Origin: an uncultured bacterium
Lineage (GTDB): Bacteria; Patescibacteriota; Minisyncoccia; UBA6257; 2-01-FULL-56-20
Direction: 5' to 3'
DNA length: 64,000 bases
NCBI GenBank assembly: GCA_963696395.1
Contig: CAVOJZ010000002.1
Location: forward strand, 6,433 to 70,432
The translations under genes were made by a program, and so were the position numbers. The first letter of the stretch is position 1; each line of letters starts with the position of its first letter. A model generated the notes under the pieces. That model was not told the origin of the DNA, searched no databases, and saw only the letters and a program-made list of their open reading frames with translations. Positions 38,414-48,611 of this stretch are shown here, one piece after another.

Positions 38414-39247
38414 TTACATATTCATGCCCGGCATCGCGGACATCGAGCTTGCCTGATTGGGTTGGGTTGATGTGGGTGCCATAAACTTCATCATAATACT
38501 ATCAAACAAATCCCCTTCCACCGAAGCAAAAGATGATGACGGATTGTCCTCGCTCGGCGCCGCCAGCTGATTATAAGCAGCTAGGTCAAGCGTGGTTGAC
38601 GCTTGCTTTGTGAGTTGCACCCATGCATCAAAATCTTCCTGCGATGTTGATTGCGCAATGAAATGCATTCCGGCATAACCGTCGCCGTTGATTTCGGTGT
38701 CTTTGCCCACAAACTCACCCATGGTCGTCGCCATGAGGTTGAGCTGGGTTTCCATGGCTGCCATGGCGTAGATTTGGCTGCCGAGCTGCGGGATCCAGAA
38801 TGAACTCATCGGAGCGTCCGCAGTAAGTTCAAAATGGACCGGTACGTTTTCGGGAAAACGAATGTAATTTACGGTCGCGATATTTTGAGCCGGATAGATG
38901 AAAAGCCACTTCCATGGCAACGCAACAACCTGTATGGTGAGCGGCTGCGCTGAGGATTGGATCGCTTGGTAAGGGTCGAGTGCATGTGCGCTTTTCCACG
39001 CAAGCGTCCCCAGGGTTGCGATCAAAGCCGCAGGGATCAACCAAAGCACAATCTCTCGCCATGCGCGATGGTTTCGCTCCGGGTCGTATATTGTATTCGG
39101 ATTTTCGGCCCGATATTTTCGGGCGACGATAAAAAGTGAAACAAAAAGAGGAATGACCACGATGAGCATGAGCAAAACCATATGGACGATCAGGTCTCGC
39201 TCTTGCGCCGCGATCGGACCCTGCGGATTGAAAAGGGCGACGTTCAT
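38414..39247 (-). CDS. cyoA: Cytochrome bo3 oxidase subunit II
   Basis: LDPY, WKWLFIYP, SFWIPQLGSQIYAM. No CuA cysteines, so quinol type. Confidence 0.93.
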   Translation of the reverse strand: MNVALFNPQGPIAAQERDLIVHMVLLMLIVVIPLFVSLFIVARKYRAENPNTIYDPERNHRAWREIVLWLIPAALIATLGTLAWKSAHALDPYQAIQSSAQPLTIQVVALPWKWLFIYPAQNIATVNYIRFPENVPVHFELTADAPMSSFWIPQLGSQIYAMAAMETQLNLMATTMGEFVGKDTEINGDGYAGMHFIAQSTSQEDFDAWVQLTKQASTTLDLAAYNQLAAPSEDNPSSSFASVEGDLFDSIMMKFMAPTSTQPNQASSMSAMPGMNM

Positions 39248-39291
39248 GAAATTATTCTGAGTATTCTTTTTATTATACTATAGGGGAAACC

Positions 39292-39660
39292 ATGCAAACG
39301 AAAACATACCAACGGCTCGCCGATTTGATCATGATCTTCCATTTCTTCTGGACGCTCGTGATCTTTGGCGGCGCCGTTTTTATGGTTCTCGACCCGTCAT
39401 ACGCACTCACCCAAATTGCCGTTCTCTCAATAACGCTTCTCGCGAGCGTCCCATTCGGCGGGCTCTGCCCCGTCACAACACTCGAAAATCGTTTCCGCCA
39501 AAAAGTTGATCCTTCATATGAAAATCACGGATCGTTTATGACCACGTATACCAATAAAATATTCGGAACGCAGTTCCGCGTACGCGATGTAAATATCACA
39601 ATCGCAGTGCTTTACGTTCTCTGCTACAGTTATGCGATTGCCGCCCTGGTACGGAAATAA
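39292..39660 (+). CDS. DUF2784-like membrane protein
   Basis: LADLIMIFH, CPVTTLENRFR, GSFM. Confidence 0.65.
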   Translation: MQTKTYQRLADLIMIFHFFWTLVIFGGAVFMVLDPSYALTQIAVLSITLLASVPFGGLCPVTTLENRFRQKVDPSYENHGSFMTTYTNKIFGTQFRVRDVNITIAVLYVLCYSYAIAALVRK

Positions 39661-39721
39661 AAAAAACGCTACAATACCGGCATAGCTCTTTACCATATTC
39701 TTGAAAACAAGGAGGGGTTTC

Positions 39722-40447
39722 GTGATCGAATTAACCGAAGAAGCACTTGCAACCTACAACGCCGAACTCGAACACAAAAGTCCCTCCGAAAAGATTCTGT
39801 GGGGGGCGAAGCATTTCGGCAAAGCTCTTACCATTCTTTGTGGATTTGGACGTGGATCTAGCGTCTTAATTCATGAGACGGTCCGACTTGGCCTTGATGT
39901 CCGTTTTGTATTCGTTGACCCACTCGTACTTGATGAAGCGTCATATGAGTTCGTAAGAATGCGCGAGCAGCGCTATCGCATTACTATCGAGCCGCTTCGA
40001 CCGACAGAGGAAGACCTAGCACTTCTTCCGGGTGAGCCAAGCGTTGCTCTCTTCAAGGGCAATGAAACAGTGAGAAAACAATGTTGCGAATATCGCAAAA
40101 ACCGTCCTCTTAAACGGGGCATGTTCGGACATCCAGCACTGATTAGCAGCTTACGACCGGACTCAACAACCAAAGATCGTATTTCGGTATCCACGCTTGA
40201 AATTGACGCAAGGCACGGTGGATATCTAAAAATTAACGCTTGTTGTGAGTGCTCTAGCGAGTACATCGATCGCTTCATTCAAGACCATAAAGTTCCGATA
40301 CATCCATTCTATGGCCAAGGTTATGGCAGTATCGGTTGCCGTTATCCATGCACCATTCCCGCTCCCGGCCGCAAAGGCAGATGGTTTTGGTTGAAGAATC
40401 GTTTTCAAGCATGCTGCGATCTTTGTGAAACTAGTGAGCAGCCCTGA
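39722..40447 (+). CDS. Divergent APS/PAPS reductase family protein
   Basis: CCEYRKNRPL, KIN, HPFYGQGYGSIGC..PCT, RKGRW. Start may be the TTG at 39701 or the GTG at 39722. Confidence 0.75.
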   Translation: MIELTEEALATYNAELEHKSPSEKILWGAKHFGKALTILCGFGRGSSVLIHETVRLGLDVRFVFVDPLVLDEASYEFVRMREQRYRITIEPLRPTEEDLALLPGEPSVALFKGNETVRKQCCEYRKNRPLKRGMFGHPALISSLRPDSTTKDRISVSTLEIDARHGGYLKINACCECSSEYIDRFIQDHKVPIHPFYGQGYGSIGCRYPCTIPAPGRKGRWFWLKNRFQACCDLCETSEQP

Positions 40448-40467
40448 TTTTCTGGGCTGCTTTTTTT
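40437..40467 (+). terminator. Intrinsic terminator
   Basis: AGCAGCCC...GGGCTGCT followed by a T tract. Confidence 0.7.
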
Positions 40468-40528
40468 GTCCTCATGTTATACAACGCTCCACTTGCAAAA
40501 GCTCGCAGTTAAACGTTAAATCAAGGGT

Positions 40529-41686
40529 ATGGTAAAACTCGCCTCGCTCATCACCGCGGTTGCGGCCTTCATCGGCGGGGTATTCAATCAGCCCAGTGTT
40601 ATGCAAAGCGCCCCACCGCAAGCGGCGATGGTGCAAAATATTGTTGCGCCCGTGATTCAGGAACTTGAATCCATTGCCCAGAATATGCTGCCCTCCGTAA
40701 AAGTGAAGCCTATTCCGGTGACGCAAAAAACAGAAACAGCGGTCCAGCCGCTATCCGAAAAAAACCGCCAAATAATTTCCGCTCCGGTTCCGTCTTCAAC
40801 GGTCTCCTTCACCGCGCAATCTTTTTTGGATGCGACAACGCTCACCCAATTTGAGCGCCGCGACGGACCGTTCGAGGCGCGCCTCGAAACGAACCTGGGT
40901 GGCGGTCAAACGAGCGTTTGGGATTTTTCAGAAGCGTCCGTCGGAACGGGCAACAGCTCATCGCCCGTATTTGCCATGTCATATTCGTGCACTCCGGCGC
41001 CGGTCCAGGCAATCACCGGCGCTTCCGATCAGAACCCGACGTTTACCGCACGAACACAATACGCCTGCACCGTATCCCTTACGCCTCAATCGGGCACCGA
41101 TTTGCGCACCCAATCAAAACAATTTTCATTCACAACGCCTGCCGGACAATTAATTGTCACTCCCCCGGCGGCTATAAACACCGTATTAAAAGATACCGAA
41201 AATGACGGCGGGTTGGTTTTTACAAACGAAGACTCAAAGCCAATCACCATAAACCAGATGGCCGTGGATGTATCCTATACCGGCCTCAGTACCGTAAACG
41301 GACCGATCATTCTTCGGATAATCAACCCAGCGACCGGCCAATCAACCGGCGACTACCACCTTGAAAATTTGCCTGCGGATCCGTCACAACAATTCACCTT
41401 TTCGCAGTCCGGCATTTCCTTGCCGGTTTCACTTACTCTGCCGGCCGGGGGAGAAAAATTGCTCCCCATCGAGCTCCTTGGAACTCACACCATGAGCATA
41501 GCGGGCGTAAACCCAACCGTGACGGTTAAGCTCCGCGGGATAACGACCAACCGCGACGACAGCAATATTGTCCTCAATGATGCACAACTTTCCTGGAGTT
41601 GTGTCGTGACATTCCAGGTTTACGATCCGAATGCAACGAGCGGCGCCCTGGTGGCCGGCGATGCGTGTGGCATTGGCGGAAATTAG
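40529..41686 (+). CDS. Secreted beta-rich hypothetical protein
   Basis: Signal peptide; Thr/Ser/Gln-rich with paired cysteines. Confidence 0.7.
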   Translation: MVKLASLITAVAAFIGGVFNQPSVMQSAPPQAAMVQNIVAPVIQELESIAQNMLPSVKVKPIPVTQKTETAVQPLSEKNRQIISAPVPSSTVSFTAQSFLDATTLTQFERRDGPFEARLETNLGGGQTSVWDFSEASVGTGNSSSPVFAMSYSCTPAPVQAITGASDQNPTFTARTQYACTVSLTPQSGTDLRTQSKQFSFTTPAGQLIVTPPAAINTVLKDTENDGGLVFTNEDSKPITINQMAVDVSYTGLSTVNGPIILRIINPATGQSTGDYHLENLPADPSQQFTFSQSGISLPVSLTLPAGGEKLLPIELLGTHTMSIAGVNPTVTVKLRGITTNRDDSNIVLNDAQLSWSCVVTFQVYDPNATSGALVAGDACGIGGN

Positions 41687-41744
41687 AAAAAACCCCCGCA
41701 GGACGGGAGTTTTTTCCAACAATGAGTATACCTACCAAGCTTGC

Positions 41745-43142
41745 TTAGCCACCGAACATCTTTTGCAGATTCTGAAACTCTGTTGTGAGATTGTTCAGCT
41801 CAACCTGGAATGCGCTCAGCATGCTTTCCGCGGTGCCGCTACTGGTTGTTGTTTGGTCAACATCTCCATCGTTGTCGGGGTCCTGAGATCCCACAGTCGT
41901 GCCACTTCCGTTTCCGTTATACCAGAAACGCGGCGGACGCAATCCGAAGATACTATAGTCACGCACGACGCTCGCGTCGATCGTAAGCGGCGTGGACGAA
42001 GTGATGAGACCCGAAACGCCAACCATATCTCCAACGTTTAGCTGCTGGCCCGGACTGGTTGATGTTCCAACCGTATCTTCATTAGAGAAGAACCGCGGCA
42101 TTTGACCATCCCAGTTAACGGTATAGGTTATGCCCCAGATTTGCCCCTGGAACGAATCGCTCGTAACGCTCGTCACCAACATTCCTTTCGCCGTAACATT
42201 TCCATTCGGATTGATGGTGAGCATTGGAGGGATATTAATCGTCGCCACCGGAGTGCTCGACGGTGTGGATGTTGTCGTGCCGCCACCACCACCCCCACCA
42301 CCGCTATTTGTCGCAACGGTAATCGTCGCACTCGAAGACGTAACGGTATCTGTATTTACGACCGTCGGCGATTCACTCACGTTCGCCGTGTTCGTAATAC
42401 TTGTTCCGGCAGTTCCGGAATTCACCGTCGCTTGGATCGTGAGCATCGCATTCGAACCGACCGCAAGATCACCGACATCCCATGCACCGGTCGAACTTGT
42501 ATAGGTTCCTTGCGAGCTGGTAGCGCTCACAAATGTCAGCCCCGACGGAAGCATATCGGTTGCCATCACTCCGGTTGACGTTGCCGGACCAAGAGCAGAA
42601 ATATTAATGGTGTAATTTACCGTTGCACCTTCCTGCGGTGCCGCATTGTCAACACTGTCCGTGATTTGTAACTGGGCATCCGGCAACGATGATGTTGCCG
42701 TGGAGCTCGGTTCCACTGCAACCACCGCAGAACAATTGCCGGTTGCTATCGCGGAAGCGGCGTCAGTCGCCTGGATGCTCGCGTTATAAGTCCCGGACGT
42801 GTTATACGTTGCCGTGATTGATGTCGACGAACTTCCGGCAACGCTCGGGTCGCCCGACCACAAGAATGTGTACGGAGGCGTCCCACCGGTAGCCGATGCC
42901 GTCCACGTAATCATGTTACTCGAAGCACTACCATAACAGCCGACATATATCGGTGCATTGGTCGAGCTTGCGGTATCGGTTGTTGAAGTGGCGGTTGTCG
43001 TTGCCGTTGTCACCGTAGATGTTCCCGTTGTCGATGTCGCCGTGCTCGAAACGCTTTGTGCGTTTGCTGCAGTCGAGATAACGAACACCGCGAGAGAGCA
43101 TGCGGCCACTATTCCGATTATTTTTAATGTTTTCATAACCAA
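41745..43142 (-). CDS. Secreted S/T-rich protein with PKD-like and DUF11-like domains
   Basis: Signal peptide; ATGGTPPYTFLWSG; VNYTINI...DMLPSGLTFVSA...WDVGDLAVG...ITNTA; poly-Gly linker. Confidence 0.75.
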   Translation of the reverse strand: MVMKTLKIIGIVAACSLAVFVISTAANAQSVSSTATSTTGTSTVTTATTTATSTTDTASSTNAPIYVGCYGSASSNMITWTASATGGTPPYTFLWSGDPSVAGSSSTSITATYNTSGTYNASIQATDAASAIATGNCSAVVAVEPSSTATSSLPDAQLQITDSVDNAAPQEGATVNYTINISALGPATSTGVMATDMLPSGLTFVSATSSQGTYTSSTGAWDVGDLAVGSNAMLTIQATVNSGTAGTSITNTANVSESPTVVNTDTVTSSSATITVATNSGGGGGGGGTTTSTPSSTPVATINIPPMLTINPNGNVTAKGMLVTSVTSDSFQGQIWGITYTVNWDGQMPRFFSNEDTVGTSTSPGQQLNVGDMVGVSGLITSSTPLTIDASVVRDYSIFGLRPPRFWYNGNGSGTTVGSQDPDNDGDVDQTTTSSGTAESMLSAFQVELNNLTTEFQNLQKMFGG

Positions 43143-43348
43143 ATGTTTTATTTTGCGACCTTTTTATCCATCACGGTATGTAAGGTAGTACAGCGCATAA
43201 CTATTTTTACTACGAAAATTCAGGGTTGTTTTCGCCGAAACAATTTCAGCGCTTTCTCGTCTTATTTATCACTAAGCCAACAAAATTGATGAAAGTGGGT
43301 CCAAGCAGAACAGGAACATTTTTGTCGTGGGACGAGTATAATGAAGAT

Positions 43349-44062
43349 ATGGAAATAAAAAACAAAGTCATTATTGTGACGGGTGCGTCGAAGGGCATCG
43401 GTAAAGCGACGGCGATTGCGCTCGCAAAGCATGGCGCAAAAGTGGTTCTCGCAGCCAGATCGGATGAAAAAATCGCGGAACTCGCGCATGAGTTTCCCGG
43501 ATCGCTTGCGGTCCATACCGATATGCGCAACCCCGCAGACATTCAGAATCTTATTGACCGGACGATAGCCGTATACGACCACATAGACATCTTAATTAAC
43601 AACGCCGGACAAGGTATGTATGGTCCAGTGGAAAGCGTTGATATTCAAAAATATAAAGAGATTGTCGATTTGAACGTTTATGGACCCTTAATTGCCATGC
43701 AGGCCGTTATCCCTTTTATGCGCGGCCACGGAGGCGGCATGATTTTAAACGTGAGCTCGCGCGTTTCAAAAAACTATTTCCCGAATCTTGCCGCTTATGC
43801 TTCGACAAAATATGCCCTGAACGCGTTGTCTCTCACCGCACGCGAAGAATTAAAAACCGATAACATCATAGTGAGCGTTATGCATCCGAAAATGACGGCG
43901 ACCAATTTTGGAAAAAATTCGGCGGCGGGCGCCGGCACATCGCCAACACGGCCACGAAATACAACAGCAAATAATCCGGCTATGCAGGTTGACTCTCCCG
44001 AAGCGGTCGCGGAAGCCATCGTTAAGCTTATCGGGAGTGAAGCGCCGGAAGCCGAAATGTAG
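43349..44062 (+). CDS. SDR family oxidoreductase
   Basis: TGASKGIG, NNAG, YASTK. Confidence 0.9.
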   Translation: MEIKNKVIIVTGASKGIGKATAIALAKHGAKVVLAARSDEKIAELAHEFPGSLAVHTDMRNPADIQNLIDRTIAVYDHIDILINNAGQGMYGPVESVDIQKYKEIVDLNVYGPLIAMQAVIPFMRGHGGGMILNVSSRVSKNYFPNLAAYASTKYALNALSLTAREELKTDNIIVSVMHPKMTATNFGKNSAAGAGTSPTRPRNTTANNPAMQVDSPEAVAEAIVKLIGSEAPEAEM

Positions 44063-44115
44063 CGCTCAAAAAAATGAGCCGCGCATTTTGCCGTGCTCCA
44101 TGGTAGCATATCACC

Positions 44116-45078
44116 ATGCTTATTGATGAAGTTTCAATCAGAATATCGGCCGGCCATGGTGGCAAGGGCTCCGTTGCCTTTAATAAAAATTTAATGTCGC
44201 TTGGACCTGCTGGCGGATCCGGAGGGCTCGGCGGAAGCGTATACGCGATTGGCGTTTCCGACCTGTCCGCGCTTGGCCAATTTCGTTATAAAAAGGAGTT
44301 TTCCGCGGAAAACGGGATGGACGGACGCGGACAATTTCGCGACGGACACACCGGCAGCGACATCACCCTGAAACTTCCAATTGGCACCGTAATCCATAAC
44401 AAGACAACCAAGACCGACCTGGAAATCGAAAAACTTGGCGAAAAAATAATCCTCGCAAAAGGCGGACTTGGCGGCAAGGGCAACTTCCAGTTCAAATCCT
44501 CCCGGAACACGTCACCGACGCAATCCCAGCCGGGACTTCCAGGTGAGACGTTTGACCTGCATTTGGAATTGAAGTTTATCGCCGACATCGGCTTCGTCGG
44601 CTTGCCGAATGTCGGTAAATCAAGCTTGCTCAACAAACTCACGAACGCGCAAAGCAAAGTGGCAAATTATCCGTTTACCACACTTGAGCCAAATCTTGGG
44701 GTATATTACGAGTTGATCCTTGCGGATATTCCGGGCCTCATTGAGGGCTCGTCCGCCGGCCGTGGTCTTGGCATTAAATTCTTGCGTCACATCGAACGGA
44801 CGCGCATTCTTTTCCATTTCATTTCCTCCGAATCGCCCGATCCGATAAAAGATTATAAAACAATTCGTGCCGAGCTTGGCGCCTACAACAAAGAACTCCT
44901 CGAAAAACCCGAGCGTATTTTCCTGACGAAAAGCGATCTTTCCACACCCGCCGAGATCAAGGAAAAAATAAAACTTCTTAAAAAGTTTGATAAAAAGACA
45001 ATTGCAATCTCAACCGAGGATCCGGAAAGTATAAAAGAAGTCCAAAAAATCCTGAACGAGATTAAAGCTAAGAAGTAG
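44116..45078 (+). CDS. obgE: GTPase ObgE
   Basis: Gly-rich Obg fold, [22 protein letters not shown]. Confidence 0.95.
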   Translation: MLIDEVSIRISAGHGGKGSVAFNKNLMSLGPAGGSGGLGGSVYAIGVSDLSALGQFRYKKEFSAENGMDGRGQFRDGHTGSDITLKLPIGTVIHNKTTKTDLEIEKLGEKIILAKGGLGGKGNFQFKSSRNTSPTQSQPGLPGETFDLHLELKFIADIGFVGLPNVGKSSLLNKLTNAQSKVANYPFTTLEPNLGVYYELILADIPGLIEGSSAGRGLGIKFLRHIERTRILFHFISSESPDPIKDYKTIRAELGAYNKELLEKPERIFLTKSDLSTPAEIKEKIKLLKKFDKKTIAISTEDPESIKEVQKILNEIKAKK

Positions 45079-45445
45079 GTTCGAGATCGAGACAAACGGA
45101 GTTTATACAGTACCGCTTGCCGCCTTTGTCGGCCGGACCGTCATCAAAAACGTGCCCGAGATGCGCTCCGCAATTTTTGCACACCACCTCCGTGCGGTTC
45201 ATGCCGTGCGATGAATCAACTCTAAGCTCGACGTTTGCAAGGTTTGCCGGCTCGGTGAAGCTGGGCCAGCCGGTGCCGGAATCAAATTTGGTGTCCGAAG
45301 AAAATAGTTCAGCGTCGCACACCGCGCATTTATACATCCCTTTTTCGTGGTTATCCCAATATTTACCCGTAAATGCCGGTTCGGTGCCTCCTTCGCGGGC
45401 AATGTGATATAAATCTTTCGGTAATTCGTTGTCTTTTTTGATCAT
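45068..45445 (-). CDS. msrB: Methionine-R-sulfoxide reductase
   Basis: [30 protein letters not shown]. Confidence 0.96.
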   Translation of the reverse strand: MIKKDNELPKDLYHIAREGGTEPAFTGKYWDNHEKGMYKCAVCDAELFSSDTKFDSGTGWPSFTEPANLANVELRVDSSHGMNRTEVVCKNCGAHLGHVFDDGPADKGGKRYCINSVCLDLEPTS

Positions 45446-45446
45446 G

Positions 45447-45995
45447 TTATTTTGAATGTGTTTTTAATAATTCCTGAAATTTTTCCTGCAACTTCTGGAC
45501 TTTGGGTTCGATGATAACCTGACAATACGGCGCTTTTTTGTTATTTTTGAAATAATTCCGGTGATAATCTTCCGCCGGATAAAACATATCGAGCGGCGCA
45601 ATTTCGGTGACAACCGGACTGCCAACATTTTCTGCGCTCAACTTTTTAATAAACTTCCGTGCGTCAATCTCCTGATCCGGAGTTGTATAAAATATGGCCG
45701 AGCGATATTGCGTACCCACGTCATTCCCCTGCCGGTTAAGCGTCGTCGGATCATGGGTCGCAAAAAAAACGGTTAAAAGATCATTAAAGGCGATCTGGGA
45801 CGGGTCGTATTCAATTCGGATCACTTCCGCATGGCCGGTATTGCCGTTGCAAACCTGTTCGTAGGTCGGACTTTTTACGGTTCCTCCCGCATATCCCGGA
45901 AGCACACTCGTCACGCCGCGCAATTCACTGAACACGGCTTCGGTACACCAAAAACATCCCCCTCCGAAAACAGCGATTTCTTTCTTTGTTTGCAT
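45447..45995 (-). CDS. msrA: Methionine-S-sulfoxide reductase
   Basis: [26 protein letters not shown]. Confidence 0.96.
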   Translation of the reverse strand: MQTKKEIAVFGGGCFWCTEAVFSELRGVTSVLPGYAGGTVKSPTYEQVCNGNTGHAEVIRIEYDPSQIAFNDLLTVFFATHDPTTLNRQGNDVGTQYRSAIFYTTPDQEIDARKFIKKLSAENVGSPVVTEIAPLDMFYPAEDYHRNYFKNNKKAPYCQVIIEPKVQKLQEKFQELLKTHSK

Positions 45996-46005
45996 GGTCG
46001 TGCGA

Positions 46006-47247
46006 TTATCCAAATGTAAAGGTAAATGCCTCGAGACCCGGTGAGTCAACGATGAGCTCGAGGGTATGCACCCCCGAACCGTCGTGGTTGCTCACCAGAT
46101 TGTACAGCCGACTTGATGTAATTGTTACTTTTCCGTTCACGACGTCGCTTCCGGCATCAGCCGCTGAAATCGGCACCCCATCCTGCATGACTTCGACGGT
46201 CACCCCGCCCGCAGGTGCGCCCGCACCTGCGCTCGCGACCATATACATTTTTGCAGAATCATAGCTGTAGAGGACCGTAGCGCCTGCCTGAAGATTTGTG
46301 GCATATTCGTCTTCGAAATCCCAGTTGCCTCCCAAGTAGAGTCGATTTACAGTGACGCCAGTGCTTCCCGGCAATACAAGATTCTGCGGGCCGTTCACCA
46401 TCGGATTACCGTTCGCAAGTAAAGCGTTTCGATTTGCGCCGAAATAGGTCTCCGGACTGTTAATGCCCGAAAGATCGGCCGGCGCGATGTTCACCGTTGA
46501 CGTCGACACCGCCGTCGACAATCCGAGCACCGAAGCCCGCTCGGCAAGCAAATTCTGTATTTCCGCTTCGGTTTCATCGTAATCACCCTCGCCAACATGA
46601 TCGTGGACGATATAACCCGCAATATCGATCAGATATTCATGTGGCCAATAGAGATTCCCATACGCATTCCATGTTCCATAGTCGCTGTCGAGGACAATTG
46701 GATACTGAATGTTATATTGCTTTGCAGCAGCCTGCACGTTAACGATATTTTTTTCGAAATCAAATTCCGGCGTATGAATCCCCACGATTTCCAATCCTTC
46801 GTTCTGATATTTCTGATACCACGCCGTGAGATACGGCAACGTCCTGATGCAGTTGACGCAACTATAGGTCCAGAAATCGAGCAAGATCACTTTCTTCCCG
46901 ATCAAACTCCTCAGGGTGAAATTGGATGGTGCGTTTACAAACCCGGTTGGATCGGCGATTTCGATTGCCGGTTTGTAACCGGCTTTCGCATCCGCGGAAG
47001 CGACTGCTTGCAATGAAGTATTCATCGCCACGGTAGTCCCGGCCGGGGCACCGCCGCTCGAAGCGACGTTTCCTGTTGAGGTCGGGATAGACGCTGCGGT
47101 TGAGCTTGCCGCTGCGGGACCGATTGGCGAAACATTAATTGCCTGTCCGTTGCCCGATGTCGAAGGATGAGCCTGGATGCTTTCGAGATACCAGATAGCG
47201 CCTATGATCAGAATCAACACAACGACGAGCCCGATTTTTTTATTCAT
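46006..47247 (-). CDS. Membrane-anchored thioredoxin-like protein (C-terminal half of DipZ)
   Basis: DFWTYSCVNC, GIHTPEF, YWP, SPETYFG, RLYNLV, AFTFTFG. Confidence 0.85.
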   Translation of the reverse strand: MNKKIGLVVVLILIIGAIWYLESIQAHPSTSGNGQAINVSPIGPAAASSTAASIPTSTGNVASSGGAPAGTTVAMNTSLQAVASADAKAGYKPAIEIADPTGFVNAPSNFTLRSLIGKKVILLDFWTYSCVNCIRTLPYLTAWYQKYQNEGLEIVGIHTPEFDFEKNIVNVQAAAKQYNIQYPIVLDSDYGTWNAYGNLYWPHEYLIDIAGYIVHDHVGEGDYDETEAEIQNLLAERASVLGLSTAVSTSTVNIAPADLSGINSPETYFGANRNALLANGNPMVNGPQNLVLPGSTGVTVNRLYLGGNWDFEDEYATNLQAGATVLYSYDSAKMYMVASAGAGAPAGGVTVEVMQDGVPISAADAGSDVVNGKVTITSSRLYNLVSNHDGSGVHTLELIVDSPGLEAFTFTFG

Positions 47248-47259
47248 AGTTGTTGTAAG

Positions 47260-47979
47260 TTAAAGATTATGCCCGAGTAAAAAATTGTTCACAAAACCAA
47301 AATTCGCAATAAGCGGAAGGCTTTGCGTAAACACGAGAACGCCAAGGACGACCAATATGGCGCCGAAAATCTTTGTTACTATTTCCAATTTGGAAACATA
47401 GCGGTTGATAAAGTCTGCCGTTTGGGCAACGAAAAGGCCAACAACAAGGAAAGGAATGCCAAGTCCTATGGCGTAGGAAAGGAGCAGATAGAAAGCTTCG
47501 CCCGGCGCCGAGGCCGCAAGGCCAAGAATGCCTCCGAGCACGGGGCCGACGCAGGGAGTCCATCCAGCGGCGAAGGCGAAGCCGAATACAAGCGACGTGA
47601 GATATCGTGAACGGAATTTTGTCCGCACGCTCATCTTATGGTCGAATTCAAGAAACGGGATTTTGAAAAAACCCATCAGGTATAACCCGAAAAAAATCAC
47701 GAGCGCTCCCCCGATCCACGAAAGCCATTGCTGAACCGCATAAGCCGCGAATGAAAGCACACTATTCAGAAGCACGCCAAGAAGCGCAAAAACAATCGAA
47801 AATCCCAGCACGAAAAAGAAACTGTTCAGGAAGATGGTGATTCTCGCCGGCTTCTGCCCGCCGGACGATGATTCTCCTGCGAGATACGCAAGAAATCCGG
47901 GAATAATCGGCAAAACGCATGGCGAAAGAAATGAAACTATGCCGGCAAGTAACGCAACTACAATCGGGATGTTTGTCAT
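47260..47979 (-). CDS. ccdA: CcdA/DsbD transmembrane electron transporter
   Basis: SFLSPCVLP, WTPCVGP, GLGIPF. Confidence 0.9.
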   Translation of the reverse strand: MTNIPIVVALLAGIVSFLSPCVLPIIPGFLAYLAGESSSGGQKPARITIFLNSFFFVLGFSIVFALLGVLLNSVLSFAAYAVQQWLSWIGGALVIFFGLYLMGFFKIPFLEFDHKMSVRTKFRSRYLTSLVFGFAFAAGWTPCVGPVLGGILGLAASAPGEAFYLLLSYAIGLGIPFLVVGLFVAQTADFINRYVSKLEIVTKIFGAILVVLGVLVFTQSLPLIANFGFVNNFLLGHNL

Positions 47980-47992
47980 TTGATAATTTCCG

Positions 47993-48355
47993 TTATAATT
48001 TTATTTTTCCGTAAATCAATGCTGTGACTTTTGTGAGAATCATGACTGAAAGACCGGCAATCAACCACGGGTCAAGCGCATGCGCCAGCTCCTGAATAAC
48101 AATAGCAATGATAAACGCCGCTGAGCCCGCGAGATAAGCAATTCGATCAGCAAACAGGCGATGAAACTCTTCCCTCTCGTCGCCGCGGCTTTCGTTCCAT
48201 AAAAATATGGCAAATATCCCAAAGAGAACCACAATGCCGATAAGCAGTCCCATGACGACGAATCCGGGCATAAAAACATTCCATGGATTAAAAATAATAA
48301 ACAATAGCACGAGCAACCCGACCCCGATCACAAGCTCTCCTTTTACGTTCTTCAT
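47993..48355 (-). CDS. Membrane protein partnering the XRE regulator
   Basis: Four hydrophobic segments, a DERE motif, and an ATGA overlap with the HTH gene. Confidence 0.7.
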   Translation of the reverse strand: MKNVKGELVIGVGLLVLLFIIFNPWNVFMPGFVVMGLLIGIVVLFGIFAIFLWNESRGDEREEFHRLFADRIAYLAGSAAFIIAIVIQELAHALDPWLIAGLSVMILTKVTALIYGKIKL

Positions 48356-48558
48356 GACGATAAATAAAAAATGTTTTCGACGGGTTTTTTGAAAAACCGG
48401 GAAATTTTAAGGGCGAGCAAAACAGAAGGGATGTAATTCCCCTTTTCAATTGCAATAACCGTTTGCCGGCTCACGCCAATTTTGGCGGCGAGTTCTTCCT
48501 GGGTCAGATGCGCTTCCGTTCTGACGTCATAAACATTATTTACAACCTCTGCTTCCAT
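48352..48558 (-). CDS. XRE/Cro HTH transcriptional regulator
   Basis: LTQEELAAKIGVSRQTVIAIEKGNYIPS. Confidence 0.92.
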   Translation of the reverse strand: MEAEVVNNVYDVRTEAHLTQEELAAKIGVSRQTVIAIEKGNYIPSVLLALKISRFFKKPVENIFYLSS

Positions 48559-48581
48559 AGAAATAAGAGTAGCAAGACGCC

Positions 48582-48611
48582 GACAAATGTCAAGCTAGCT
48601 TTACATTTGTC
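48582..48611 (-). promoter_or_regulatory. 30-bp near-perfect palindrome over the -35 of the XRE gene (probable operator)
   Basis: GACAAATGTCAAGCTAGCTTTACATTTGTC has one mismatched pair and contains TTGACA on the minus strand. Confidence 0.7.
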
